Shown piece after piece: positions 9,246-18,580 of a DNA stretch of 53,866 bases. How positions within the stretch are numbered: the stretch's first letter is position 1; each line of letters begins with the position of its first letter. Under the pieces are notes generated by a model that saw only the letters and a list, made by a program, of their open reading frames with translations, did not search any database and was not told the origin of the DNA. The stretch is from a virus (Duplodnaviria > Caudoviricetes), in the IMG/VR virus record IMGVR_UViG_3300038450_000073, positions 1 through 53,866 of that record; one strand, written 5' to 3'. The translations under genes were made by a program, and so were the position numbers.

Positions 9246-12227
9246 ATGGCGACCACGCTGACCCAGTCGGCGCACGCCTCGAACGCGGGCGCGACGACGC
9301 AGACGGTCGCGCTCTCCGGCGTCGGCAAGGGGCACCTGCTCGCGCTGGTGGTGTTCACCGGGAACGGCGTCGCCACGGCATCCGTCACGGACTCCCAGGG
9401 CAACCCGTGGATTCGCAACACCGACGCCTACGCCTCGGGCTCCCTCGGCATCGAGGAATGGAGCGCGTCGGGCGCGGTGGGGGGCAACACGACCGTTACG
9501 GTCACCCTCGCCTCAGCCTCGGCGACGGACTTCACGCTGGTGCTCATGGAGTTCACTGGGCCACCGACCGTGAACGCGATGGACCAGGAGAACGCTAACG
9601 CGGGGACGTCGTCCGCGCCGGAGATCGGCTTCGCGATGCAAGGCTTCCAGGCGGGCGAGTTGTTCATCGGGGTCGCCAAGACCTCCGTCGCCGTGACCTC
9701 CACGCCCACGGGCTTCACGCCGGTCGCCACGGGGACCACCGGGGATTCAGTCGTGTACCTGGTCGACTCGGGGACGAGCTCACACCAGCCGACGTGGGGC
9801 CTCGGCTCATCCGTGCTTTGGCTGGCGCTCGGGGTGAGCTTCTGCGCGGTCCTCCCGGGAACCCCCGCGACGAACACGCCGGGGGGGAATATGCCCCAGG
9901 TCCAGGTGGAGATTTCCGCCGACCCCTACCCGTTCACGAACAACTGGCGCAACGTGACGCGCTACGTGCGGTCCTTCAAGACGACGCTGGGGCGCCAGCA
10001 CGAGCTCGACCGCATCGAGGCCGGGACGCTGGACATCGTGCTCGACGGCAGGGACGGGACGTTCGACCCCTGGAACGCCTCGAGCTTCCTTTCCGCCTCG
10101 GGAACCGGGATGCAGCCCATGAACGCCGTGCGCGTGACCGCGGCGTGGCAGGGGGTGACGTACCCGGTTGCCTGGTGCTACCTCCAGTCGCTCACGCCGG
10201 GCCTCGACGACCAACTGAACGTCGAGGTGACGCTGCACGCCGTGGACGCCTTCCAGTTCTTGTCCCTGCGCTACCTGGCGGGGGACAACTACGCGCAGCT
10301 CATCGAGGCCGAATCGACGCTCTGCGCCTACTGGCGCTGCGGCGACCCGGTGGGGGCCGACACGATGCAGTCCGCGACCAAGCCCACCCAGCTCCGCGAC
10401 TCCACCCCCTCGACCGCCTCCGGCTACGGCCCGTTCCCGGGTCAGCTCCTGAACGGCCCCGGCGGCCTGCCGCTCTTGGGTGCGACGCCCCAGTTCGTCT
10501 ACGACCCGTCGACCTCGCTCGACCTCTCGAACGCGACCAACGCGCCGAACGGCGGGTTTGCCACGCTCGGCAACCCGCTCGGCTCGGCCTCCGCCTGGAC
10601 GTTCGAGGCGTGGATTCAGTACCTGGGCGCGCAGCCCGTCGGTACGACCGCGACGTCGAACTCGAACAACGAGCTCACGAGCGTCGGATCAACCACGGGC
10701 GTGGAGGTGGGCTGGGTCGTGGTCGCGGCGGACGTCCCGAACAACACGACGGTCACAGCGATTGTCGGCTCGACGGTCTACATGAGCGGGAACGCGACGG
10801 GGAGCAACGTCGGGGAGGCGGTGACCTTCGCGCCGCTCTGCACATTGTTCTCGGGAACCTGTACGGGGGGAACATTCAACATCCTGGTCGGAGCCTACTC
10901 GACAGGTTCCGGAGCAACGGCATCCACCAACTACGGGCGCCTTCTTCTCAATGCCAGTTACCTCCTCGATGACCCGTACTCGAACTCGCAGGTGCTGATG
11001 GACGGCTCTCTCCACCACGTCGTCGTCACCTTGTCTGGTTCGTTATTTTCGTTCTATATTGACGGTGCATTCGACGTATCATGGGGGATCGGGCCGAGTC
11101 TGACTGACCTCACCGCGGTCACCGTTGGTTGTTCTGCTGGTCCCTCCCAGGGTTTCGCGGGTCTCATCCAGGACGTCGCCCTCTACTCATCGGCGCTTAC
11201 CCAGCCTGACGTTGCGTCCCACTACACGACCGGCTGGTGGTTCCAGGGCAACGACCTCGGCGCGTCGAACGCGGCGGGGGCCTCGGCGCGGCTGAACAAG
11301 GTGCTCGCCGTTGCCGCGTTCCCGGCGGGCCTCACGGCCATCGGGACGCCGTTCAAGACCTCCGTCTACGGCGAGACCCAGCCCGTCACCACGACGACGG
11401 CGCTCGACTACGTGCAGCTCATCACCGAGACCGAACCGGGGCTCATCTTCCAGGGCCAGGACGGGAACATCTACGCGCTGAACCGGCAGTACGTCATCGG
11501 CCAGGGGGGCGCGGTGGGGATCATGAACTCGGCCCGCGCCTACACCTCGCAGGGCATCTTCGGCGACACCGCGGCCTGCACCTACCGCTTTGTCGCCAAG
11601 GGGTTCGCCCTCGGCATCGACGACCTGGACGTCTGGAACGACATCCAGGCGCAGAGCGCGCGGCCCTCGGCGGCGAACGACAATGGTAAGTCGGCGAGCA
11701 GCGGCAACCCCATCCAGGTCTTCTCGCAGGTCCAGGACGCGCGGATGGCGGTCTCGGCCAGCCAGTTCGGCGACCGGACCCTCCAGGGGCTCACCTCGCT
11801 TTTGTTCCTCTACGACTCGGACGCCCTGCTGGTCGCCGAGTGGTACGGGGTGATCTACGCCGCGGCCCAGGTCCGCCCCTCGGCCTTCACGCTCGACCAG
11901 ACCTTCAACCTGGGGGCGAACCTCCCGCAGATGCTCGGGCGCACGCTCTACGACCAGATCACCGTCGAGTACCAGGGCATGGCCGGCAGCCCCGCGTTCT
12001 CGCCGGGGAGCGAATACACGGGCAACGTGCTCATCGAGTCGATTGAGCACGACGTGGACTTCGGGACGAGCGGGGACGGGCCGTGGTGGAGGACGACGCT
12101 CGTGACCAGCCCGTTCGAGCTGGCCCATGTCTCCGGGTCCTCGGCACCGCTCACGGTCAGCGCCACGGTGCCAATCGTGCTGGGTAGCTGGCAATTCGGG
12201 TCCGCTACAGGGGTCCTAACGTTGTGA
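9246..12227 (+). CDS. large minor tail protein with LamG/ConA-like domain
   Basis: NVTRYVRSF...GRQHELDRIEAGT tail motif, AYWR...WTFEAW...HHVVVT...FYIDG...GLIQDVALY LamG signature. Follows the tape measure gene. Confidence 0.8.
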   Translation: MATTLTQSAHASNAGATTQTVALSGVGKGHLLALVVFTGNGVATASVTDSQGNPWIRNTDAYASGSLGIEEWSASGAVGGNTTVTVTLASASATDFTLVLMEFTGPPTVNAMDQENANAGTSSAPEIGFAMQGFQAGELFIGVAKTSVAVTSTPTGFTPVATGTTGDSVVYLVDSGTSSHQPTWGLGSSVLWLALGVSFCAVLPGTPATNTPGGNMPQVQVEISADPYPFTNNWRNVTRYVRSFKTTLGRQHELDRIEAGTLDIVLDGRDGTFDPWNASSFLSASGTGMQPMNAVRVTAAWQGVTYPVAWCYLQSLTPGLDDQLNVEVTLHAVDAFQFLSLRYLAGDNYAQLIEAESTLCAYWRCGDPVGADTMQSATKPTQLRDSTPSTASGYGPFPGQLLNGPGGLPLLGATPQFVYDPSTSLDLSNATNAPNGGFATLGNPLGSASAWTFEAWIQYLGAQPVGTTATSNSNNELTSVGSTTGVEVGWVVVAADVPNNTTVTAIVGSTVYMSGNATGSNVGEAVTFAPLCTLFSGTCTGGTFNILVGAYSTGSGATASTNYGRLLLNASYLLDDPYSNSQVLMDGSLHHVVVTLSGSLFSFYIDGAFDVSWGIGPSLTDLTAVTVGCSAGPSQGFAGLIQDVALYSSALTQPDVASHYTTGWWFQGNDLGASNAAGASARLNKVLAVAAFPAGLTAIGTPFKTSVYGETQPVTTTTALDYVQLITETEPGLIFQGQDGNIYALNRQYVIGQGGAVGIMNSARAYTSQGIFGDTAACTYRFVAKGFALGIDDLDVWNDIQAQSARPSAANDNGKSASSGNPIQVFSQVQDARMAVSASQFGDRTLQGLTSLLFLYDSDALLVAEWYGVIYAAAQVRPSAFTLDQTFNLGANLPQMLGRTLYDQITVEYQGMAGSPAFSPGSEYTGNVLIESIEHDVDFGTSGDGPWWRTTLVTSPFELAHVSGSSAPLTVSATVPIVLGSWQFGSATGVLTL

Positions 12228-12252
12228 AGCGCTCTGACCTACACTGACACCG

Positions 12253-13953
12253 ATGCGCGTGCCCGGAATCGCCCCCGTTCTTGACCACGCAGAGGTTCAC
12301 GCCGCGTATTTGCCGCGTCCCGGCATCGACCGGCTCCAGATGGCGGGCAACGTCGCCGACCAAATCCGCCGCCACAAGCACGAGAACCCGGCCGACCACA
12401 TCCACGACAAGCTGGTGGACTCCCTCGTCGCCCACGTCCGCGCCGTCGTCGCCGACCCGGCGCAGCAGCCCGAGGACCCCGCCTGGACGCCCCCCCAGCG
12501 CATCGTCTGGCGCTCGGCGGCCGAACACCGCGGCCAGGTGCCACTGTCGCCTGAGCGCAAGCTGGAGGTCATCGCCGACCGCTCGGTGCACCCCACCGTC
12601 AAGGCGATGGCCTACGTGAACGCGGGGCGCTGGGTCGTCTCCTGTTTTGCTGGCGAGGAAAAGTTCCTCACCCCCGATGGCCCGAAGACGTTTGCCGAGA
12701 CGGCTGGAACGATCCAGACTGTGCTCACGACAGCTCAGAATGGTGGCGTATGGGTTCCAGCGCCAATCACTGAGCGCGGGGTGCAACAGCTATACGCGCT
12801 CAACCTCGTCAGGAGCAAGCGACACAGGACCATCTACACGACAGCGGAGCATCGTTGGTTGGTCCGTTCCAGGGCCGATCCGTTGCGACGTGACATGCAC
12901 TCGGTGCTCACCAAAGACCTTGTCGCAGGACAACGCCTGGCTTCATTGATGCCGTGTTCGTTATCCCGTGGGAAAGGACTACGCCCATCGCAGTTCGGTA
13001 TTGCTCGGGGGTTCACGTTCGGCGATGGGGCGCGGTACGCGCTGGGTAGCCAGGTCACCCTTTATGCGGAGAAAGACGCCGCGTTGCTCAAATATTTCTC
13101 AGAGTCTCATACTTACGAAATCTCAGGGCGAGACGCCCTACGCGTCGTTGATCTTCCTGCGTACTTTAAGGTGCTCCCGTCGCTCGATGAGTCGCCGTCC
13201 TATCTCTATGGCTGGTTGGCTGGCTACTTCGCGGCTGACGGTCATGTGACCAAGAAAGGCCAAGCGGTTCTATATTCTGCTCGACTTGAACACCTGCAAT
13301 TCGTCGAACGTCTGGCGTTGCGTCTCGGACTCGGTACATACCCGATCATCTCGCGGACACGCAAAGGCATCAAAGGTGTGTGGTCTGAGATTCATAGCAT
13401 TGGTTTCGTTCGTTCTCGGCTAACCCCAGAGTTCTTTTTGATTGCCGAACATCGCCGCCGCTATGACCACTGGGCATCGGTTCAGAATGCTGAGGTGATT
13501 GACTACGAGGTTGAAAGCGTCGAGGCGACTGACCGATATGAGCCGGTGTATTGCGCGACGGTCCCTGGAACAGAGAGCTTTGTTCTCGACGGTTATATCC
13601 ATACCGGGAACTGTCCCTTCCCTGGCTGCAACTCCGCGCAGATGGCGAGCTTCACCGACCGTCGGTTCTTCTGCTGCGACTGCGCCAACGCCGCGGTCGG
13701 AGGTCAGTGGGTCGAGGTGGTCTGGCCGGCGAATCACACGGAGGTGGAGAACTGGGTCGCCAGTCGGCCGTTCGACGTGCGGCACTGGTTCCCCGGCGAG
13801 ACGGCCGAGGACATTCGGTGGCAGGACGATGAGGCGATGGGGCGGGGGTTCGCGCCAGGGCCGACCGGAGGCAAGCCTGGTGAGTCGGTCGCGACCCACG
13901 TCGCTCGTGAGCGGAAAGCGAACCCGCGCTCGGGGCGAAAGGCGAAGGTGTAG
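12253..13953 (+). CDS. Cys-rich phage tail-region protein interrupted by an intein
   Basis: Extein reads YVNAGRWVVS|CPFPGCNSA...FFCCDCAN...W.PGET. Confidence 0.75.
   Translation: MRVPGIAPVLDHAEVHAAYLPRPGIDRLQMAGNVADQIRRHKHENPADHIHDKLVDSLVAHVRAVVADPAQQPEDPAWTPPQRIVWRSAAEHRGQVPLSPERKLEVIADRSVHPTVKAMAYVNAGRWVVSCFAGEEKFLTPDGPKTFAETAGTIQTVLTTAQNGGVWVPAPITERGVQQLYALNLVRSKRHRTIYTTAEHRWLVRSRADPLRRDMHSVLTKDLVAGQRLASLMPCSLSRGKGLRPSQFGIARGFTFGDGARYALGSQVTLYAEKDAALLKYFSESHTYEISGRDALRVVDLPAYFKVLPSLDESPSYLYGWLAGYFAADGHVTKKGQAVLYSARLEHLQFVERLALRLGLGTYPIISRTRKGIKGVWSEIHSIGFVRSRLTPEFFLIAEHRRRYDHWASVQNAEVIDYEVESVEATDRYEPVYCATVPGTESFVLDGYIHTGNCPFPGCNSAQMASFTDRRFFCCDCANAAVGGQWVEVVWPANHTEVENWVASRPFDVRHWFPGETAEDIRWQDDEAMGRGFAPGPTGGKPGESVATHVARERKANPRSGRKAKV
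12643..13611 (+). mobile_element. intein (323 aa) with LAGLIDADG homing endonuclease
   Basis: Starts CFAGEEKFLT, block B TTAEHRW, LAGLIDADG motifs RGFTFGDG and WLAGYFAADG, ends VYCATVPGTESFVLDGYIHTGN with +1 Cys. GC is visibly lower than the flanks. Confidence 0.92.
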
Positions 13954-13955
13954 CC

Positions 13956-14447
13956 GTGGCCGTGTGGGGGACGCCCCCGGTACACGTTACGGGTGACACC
14001 CTCGCGGTGAGCGATTGGAACACAATCGCCAACAACGAAACCTTCCTGGCCGAGGCGCCGTATGGACTGTATTACAACTCAGTAGCGGTGACCTTAGTGC
14101 TCGGTGCGTCAACCCAGATCACGCTTGGCGGGACTGAGGCGAGTGGTTACGGCTTCAGCGTCGCGTCAAACAACGCTGTGGTGCCAATCGCCGGTCTTTA
14201 TTCCACAACCTGTAGCGTATACATTTCGGCCGCTGAGGTCCTGTTAACCGCTCTCACTTACCACAATGGGTCGCAAATCCGCCAAGGCTCCTCGGGGACC
14301 CTCATCGGGAGCACCACATCAGGGCTTGTGAAGTGTGCAGCAAACGACACCCTGGGGTTTTATGTCTACCAGAATGGTGGCGCACCGGCCACTATCGCCG
14401 GGTCGGGTAGCACCTACCTCCACGCCTTTTACGTCGGCTCAACCTAG
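13956..14447 (+). CDS. minor tail protein, C1q/TNF-like beta domain
   Basis: W.TP....GD.L...DWN N-terminus typical of actinophage minor tails, VPIAGLY...VYQ beta-sandwich. Confidence 0.65.
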   Translation: MAVWGTPPVHVTGDTLAVSDWNTIANNETFLAEAPYGLYYNSVAVTLVLGASTQITLGGTEASGYGFSVASNNAVVPIAGLYSTTCSVYISAAEVLLTALTYHNGSQIRQGSSGTLIGSTTSGLVKCAANDTLGFYVYQNGGAPATIAGSGSTYLHAFYVGST

Positions 14448-14488
14448 CCCCAGCGTCTGCCTGCCCGCCGACCCGACCAGGGCGTGCG

Positions 14489-15343
14489 TCAGGTCGTCGG
14501 TTCGTAGGTGACGGAGAACGAGGCACCCTGCGGCTGGCTCGGCATCGCCTCCACCGTGCCGCCGGATGTCTGCATCTCGATCGCGTCGGCGTAGGTGAGC
14601 GCGCTCGTCGGGACGACTTGGAGGTTGGTGAACGTCACGATCCCGAAGTCGGCGAGTGGGGTGAGGTCCGAGCTGCCCTGCACGGTAGGGTCCTCGGTGA
14701 CCCACTCGGCGGAGGAGCCGGCGTAGACCGCCGAATCGCTCGCGGTGGCGCTCTGGCCCGAGGTCACGTCCGTGACCGTCGCCGTCCACGTCCCCGAGGA
14801 CGACTGCTGGACCTCGGCCGAGATCACGTCGCCCGCGTTTACCGCGAGCTGGTCCTGGGCGACGTAGCCGAGCGCCGCGTCAGTCCACCAAGCGTCATTA
14901 GCCTGCACGCCATTCACGCAGGCCGACTCGCTCCCCGTCTGGAAGAGGTTCGCCGAGCCGTCCCAACCGTTGACGCCAACCCAGTCCACAGTGACCCCGC
15001 CCGGGACGACGGCGCAGTTGAGCGTCGGGACGGTCCACTCACCGCTCACCGCCTGGTACTCACCCGTTAGGACGTAACCGGACCAGTTTGTCGAGGCAAG
15101 GCCGGGGGTCGCGACGGGTGCCGACAGGGACGAGACGACCGGGTGCCAGATGCAATCGACGTAGCCGCGCAGGATGCGCCGACCGCCGACCGTGACCCAG
15201 TGGTGCCGGACTAGCCCGCGGTAGCCGACGTGGCACGACAGAGCGTGACCGCGCGGGTAGCTCGCGTGGGTCACCGCGCCCGCGGGGGTCGCGAGGCCCA
15301 ATGTCGCGAGGGCGAGGGCTGCGGCTACGGTGAGCTTTCGCAT
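14489..15343 (-). CDS. secreted G1-family glutamic peptidase (eqolisin-like)
   Basis: Signal peptide, then STNWSGY, GEWTVP, WVGVNG, LFQTG (catalytic Gln), SAEWVTEDP (catalytic Glu), LADFG. Confidence 0.85.
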   Translation of the reverse strand: MRKLTVAAALALATLGLATPAGAVTHASYPRGHALSCHVGYRGLVRHHWVTVGGRRILRGYVDCIWHPVVSSLSAPVATPGLASTNWSGYVLTGEYQAVSGEWTVPTLNCAVVPGGVTVDWVGVNGWDGSANLFQTGSESACVNGVQANDAWWTDAALGYVAQDQLAVNAGDVISAEVQQSSSGTWTATVTDVTSGQSATASDSAVYAGSSAEWVTEDPTVQGSSDLTPLADFGIVTFTNLQVVPTSALTYADAIEMQTSGGTVEAMPSQPQGASFSVTYEPTT

Positions 15344-15364
15344 GGTCGGTTCCTCTCTGAATTG

Positions 15365-15378
15365 CCTAGACGTCTAGG
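15365..15378. promoter_or_regulatory. 14-bp palindromic site CCTAGACGTCTAGG
   Basis: Perfect copy that supplies the stop of the 15366..15584 gene. Confidence 0.8.
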
Positions 15379-15584
15379 GTTTTCGAGGTGGGCGCGGTGT
15401 CATGGTCGATCGCCTCGTCGAAGTGCCGCCGGACGACGAGGTAGCACGGGAACACGACGATCCACAGGCATATGGCGCCGATAACCCACCCGGTGACGCT
15501 CCCCCAGGAGCGGCCCTTCTGTCGGGCGTCGGCAATCATCCACACGATGGTCCCGAGGACCACCAACACGACCAGAGCTCCCAT
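15366..15584 (-). CDS. small two-helix membrane protein
   Basis: Two hydrophobic segments with DA...GW...W...FP.YL.RR pattern, strong SD. Confidence 0.7.
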   Translation of the reverse strand: MGALVVLVVLGTIVWMIADARQKGRSWGSVTGWVIGAICLWIVVFPCYLVVRRHFDEAIDHDTAPTSKTLDV

Positions 15585-15611
15585 CGCTTCCTCCCTCCCA
15601 GGACACCCCTA

Positions 15612-15628
15612 ACGGTAGCCGACTCCCG
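15612..15628 (-). promoter_or_regulatory. 17-bp promoter element CGGGAGTCGGCTACCGT
   Basis: Exact copies at 18535 and 26433. Ends in a TACCGT -10-like hexamer. Confidence 0.7.
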
Positions 15629-15688
15629 TGGCAAAGTAAAGCCGCCAAATCCCCGGTCGTCTGGGCCGCCGCGGTTAGCATCTCACGC

Positions 15689-16387
15689 GTGGCCCTCACG
15701 CGTGGTGAGTACGTAGCGGCCTGCCTCGCCGCCGTCCCGTCGCCCGCGACCGTCGAGCACCGGGTGGCGCTCCAGGCCCGCGTGCTCCAGGAATGGTCCG
15801 AGGCGACCGACCGCGGCCCGACCGACGACGCGCTCGACCTGACGGAGTACGAGCCGGGCGCGGTGCCGTTCAACTCGTTCGGCAATCCCCCCGAGCACGT
15901 CTGGAACTACCCGACGCTCGCCGAGGGAGCCCGGGCGTTCCACGACATCCTCCAGGCCCGCGAGTACGCCGCGCTGGTCGTGATGCTCCAGTCGTCCGCC
16001 TCGACCGCCGACCAGATCATCGCCACGTGGAACAAGACCGCCTGGGGCTACTGCCATCCGGCGCTCGTCGCGATGGCGCGGGCCAACCTCGCGGCCCTCG
16101 AAGCGCTCGTCGTCCCCGGCGCCGGGGTGCCGGTCCCGCCCCTCGTCCCGCCGCCCTCGGGACGCCCGACCGCGGACCAGCTGGTCGCCCGCCAGCTCGT
16201 CGTGCTGGGCGACAGCTTCGCCCCAGGCATCGTCTCCCAGGACGCCACCGTCGCGCGGCGCAACGGCTGGGCCGTGTTCTACTTCGCGGGGGACCATTTC
16301 GTCGCCGTCCCCGCGACGCATCCCATCCCGGCCGGGACGTGCTGGCTGTACGCGAACGAGCACTACGCGAGCAAGCGGGAGGGCTGA
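15689..16387 (+). CDS. putative lysozyme-like endolysin
   Basis: EPGA..FNS....VWNYP....G....Y motif resembles actinophage lysozyme-like domains. First gene of the lysis module. Confidence 0.5.
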   Translation: MALTRGEYVAACLAAVPSPATVEHRVALQARVLQEWSEATDRGPTDDALDLTEYEPGAVPFNSFGNPPEHVWNYPTLAEGARAFHDILQAREYAALVVMLQSSASTADQIIATWNKTAWGYCHPALVAMARANLAALEALVVPGAGVPVPPLVPPPSGRPTADQLVARQLVVLGDSFAPGIVSQDATVARRNGWAVFYFAGDHFVAVPATHPIPAGTCWLYANEHYASKREG

Positions 16388-16389
16388 GA

Positions 16390-16848
16390 GTGGCCGACGT
16401 CGTGACCATCGTCGAGACGGTCTGCACGACCATCGTGGCAGGGGGTGTCGTCGCCCCGTTCGCCTGGAAGCGGTTCGGCAAGGTCGCCGCTGAGAGGCAC
16501 ACCGACGACCTGTTTCTCCACGGCTCGCCCGCGGTCCCCGGAATCCGCCCCGTCCTGGAGACGGCAGGGGTTCGCTTGGAGAACGTCGAGCGGATGGTTG
16601 GCGAGCACGGCGAGATCCTGACCGACATCCAGAAGTCCCTTAAGATGAGCAACGGGCACACCTTGGGCCAAACGGTCGAGATCGCCGCGAAGGAAGCCCG
16701 TACCGCTGCGGCCGCCGCGAAGGACGCTGCCGTTGCTGCAGCTTCCGCTGCTGAACTTGCTGCAGTTTCCGCTGCTGAACGTTGCGAAGCACACCGAACC
16801 GCCCGGCCCCGTCGGGCACAGACAGGAGGCACCAATGACAACCCCTAA
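16390..16848 (+). CDS. single-TM lysis-module protein
   Basis: N-terminal TM helix followed by a coiled segment and NGHTL motif. Confidence 0.55.
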   Translation: MADVVTIVETVCTTIVAGGVVAPFAWKRFGKVAAERHTDDLFLHGSPAVPGIRPVLETAGVRLENVERMVGEHGEILTDIQKSLKMSNGHTLGQTVEIAAKEARTAAAAAKDAAVAAASAAELAAVSAAERCEAHRTARPRRAQTGGTNDNP

Positions 16849-17410
16849 CCTGCTACCGCGCTGGACGAACCCGGCCTCGGTGACCGCGTTCCTCCTCGCC
16901 ATCGCGGGCTACGCGACCGCGTTCATCGTCGCCATCCACCCAGGGTTCGCGCCCCCGACCATCGTCGCCGCGCTGATCCCCTCGGCGGGCGTGGTTGTCG
17001 CGGCCCTGGCGACCATCTTCGTCATTGTCATCCACCGCAAGACCGTCTCGGCCGTCTCGGCCTCGGGGGGCACGGTCGTGCAGCTGCCGACGTGGACGGA
17101 CGCCGGGAGCGTGCTCGCGTACTTGACCAGCATCGTCTCGGCCGTGTTCGCGGTCGTGACCGGCCTGCACCCGGGGTTCACCGAGCCGTCCGTCGTCGTG
17201 GCCATCCTGCCCTCGGTCGCCGTCCTGGTCGCGGTGGTCGCGCAGCTGGTCAACCTGGCAACGCACCACGCGGCGGTTGCCGCGGTGAGCGGGGGGCAGT
17301 TCCTCGAAGCCTCCGCGGTTGCCGTGCAGCCCGCGCCGACCGTCACCGTCACGATTGACGGCCGGAAGCTGGCCGACGCGATTGCGACGCACCTAAAGAC
17401 GCGCGCATGA
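16835..17410 (+). CDS. holin-like membrane protein (internally duplicated, 4 TM)
   Basis: Two repeats of LPxWT..SV.A.L...HPGF..P..V.A..PS, SD aggagg. Confidence 0.65.
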   Translation: MTTPNLLPRWTNPASVTAFLLAIAGYATAFIVAIHPGFAPPTIVAALIPSAGVVVAALATIFVIVIHRKTVSAVSASGGTVVQLPTWTDAGSVLAYLTSIVSAVFAVVTGLHPGFTEPSVVVAILPSVAVLVAVVAQLVNLATHHAAVAAVSGGQFLEASAVAVQPAPTVTVTIDGRKLADAIATHLKTRA

Positions 17411-18171
17411 CCGCGGGCCTGCGCGGCCTGCTCCCCGAGACGCGCTTCGCGCCGTCGTTCGAGGAGCGCCTGACCAAGCCCCTGCCCGCGGCACCCGCGA
17501 AAGCGTTCGACTACGCGGCCAAGGTCACGGGCGGGTTCCCGATGGCGGACAACGACTCCATCGGCGACTGCACCATCGCGGGCTGGGTGCACCTCTGCCA
17601 GCTCGCCTACGCGCTCGTCGGCGTGCCGTACACGTACCCGGGGGACGACGCGGTCGCCGCGGCCTACTGGGAGCTCGTCGGGCACGGCCCCGAGTACGAG
17701 GGCGACCCTGGACCGGGCTTGCAGATGACGCAGGTGCTCTCCGCGGCGTCGGCGGGCGCGGGGCTGCTCGGCGTGAAGGCGGTCGCCTGGGGCTCGGTGA
17801 ACATCCACTCCAAGGCGGCGCTGCGGAACGCGCTCTACAACTTCGGCGCGCTCTACCTAGCGGGTGACATCCCGCAGGACGCAGAGACGCAGTTCCCCGG
17901 CTGGTGGCACCTCGTCAGCGGCGCGCACCCGGGCGTCGGCGGGCATTGCTTCGTCGCGAGCGGGGACCTCGACCTCGGCTCGTTCGCTGGCCTCGACAAC
18001 ATCACCTGGGGTGGCGAGAACGGGTTCACCTGGCCGTGGTGGACACGCTATTCGGTGAGCGCGTTCGTGGTCATCCCCGAGTGCTACGTCACCGCCGGGC
18101 ACGGGCCGCTCGACGCGGTCGACGTGGCCGCGTTGGAGGCGGACGTGCACGGGTTCGCGGCGAGCGCCTAG
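17407..18171 (+). CDS. papain-like cysteine peptidase (putative lysin)
   Basis: ND.IGDCTIAG and GGHC, ITWG motifs. Confidence 0.7.
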   Translation: MTAGLRGLLPETRFAPSFEERLTKPLPAAPAKAFDYAAKVTGGFPMADNDSIGDCTIAGWVHLCQLAYALVGVPYTYPGDDAVAAAYWELVGHGPEYEGDPGPGLQMTQVLSAASAGAGLLGVKAVAWGSVNIHSKAALRNALYNFGALYLAGDIPQDAETQFPGWWHLVSGAHPGVGGHCFVASGDLDLGSFAGLDNITWGGENGFTWPWWTRYSVSAFVVIPECYVTAGHGPLDAVDVAALEADVHGFAASA

Positions 18172-18212
18172 CGCGCTAGTCTGCACACGTTCCTTTCTAC
18201 CCAGGGAGGAAG

Positions 18213-18241
18213 CAAGGACCCCGGCCCGTCCGGGGTCCTTG
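18213..18241 (+). terminator. hairpin after lysis module
   Basis: caaggaccccgg-N5-ccggggtccttg, 12-bp perfect stem without a U-tract. Confidence 0.6.
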
Positions 18242-18262
18242 TGCGTCTGGGGGCTCGTCATC

Positions 18263-18487
18263 GCCAACTACCATGAAACTTGGTAGTAGGTTCTTGGCAC
18301 CCCGCCGTTGTCGGCTAGGAAGGCAGCGGTCAGCAGGGCCCCGATGCTCGGTCTCCTAGAACCGGGCTCGGGGCCCTTGCGCGTCTGGGACACCCCCGCG
18401 CTAGAGTGCGCGGTGCACGGTCGTTTCCGCCCACACGGCCGGTGTAGCCAAGGGGGGCGGCCCGGAGTCAGAGCCGGGTCGCTCCCC
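18263..18487 (+). ncRNA. candidate structured non-coding RNA
   Basis: Five consecutive hairpins, three with G-U pairs that form only on the plus strand. No convincing ORF. Confidence 0.4.
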
Positions 18488-18492
18488 GATTG

Positions 18493-18506
18493 CCTAGACG
18501 TCTAGG
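18493..18506. promoter_or_regulatory. 14-bp palindromic site CCTAGACGTCTAGG
   Basis: Perfect copy just upstream of the early promoter. Confidence 0.8.
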
Positions 18507-18522
18507 GTTTTCGCGGCGGTAC

Positions 18523-18551
18523 TGGACACGGCGGCGGGAGTCGGCTACCGT
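18523..18551 (+). promoter_or_regulatory. putative early promoter (TGGACA-N17-TACCGT) containing the 17-bp element
   Basis: Sigma70-like spacing, upstream of the early operon. Confidence 0.7.
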
Positions 18552-18580
18552 GTGAGTGTTCCTGGGGAGAAGGGAGTGCG

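Noticed and set aside
17345-17400. Holin C-terminus (VTIDGRKLADAI) resembles the TMP C-terminus (VVLDGRTLATAV)
   Set aside because: Too short to separate from chance or a captured fragment, so no function is supportable.
18308-18505. 65-aa ORF across the structured region
   Set aside because: TTG start without SD, atypical codon use, and its stop is simply the palindrome TAG.
18172-18580. tRNA, tmRNA or attP in the large intergenic region
   Set aside because: No cloverleaf or T-loop consensus seen, and no integrase nearby.
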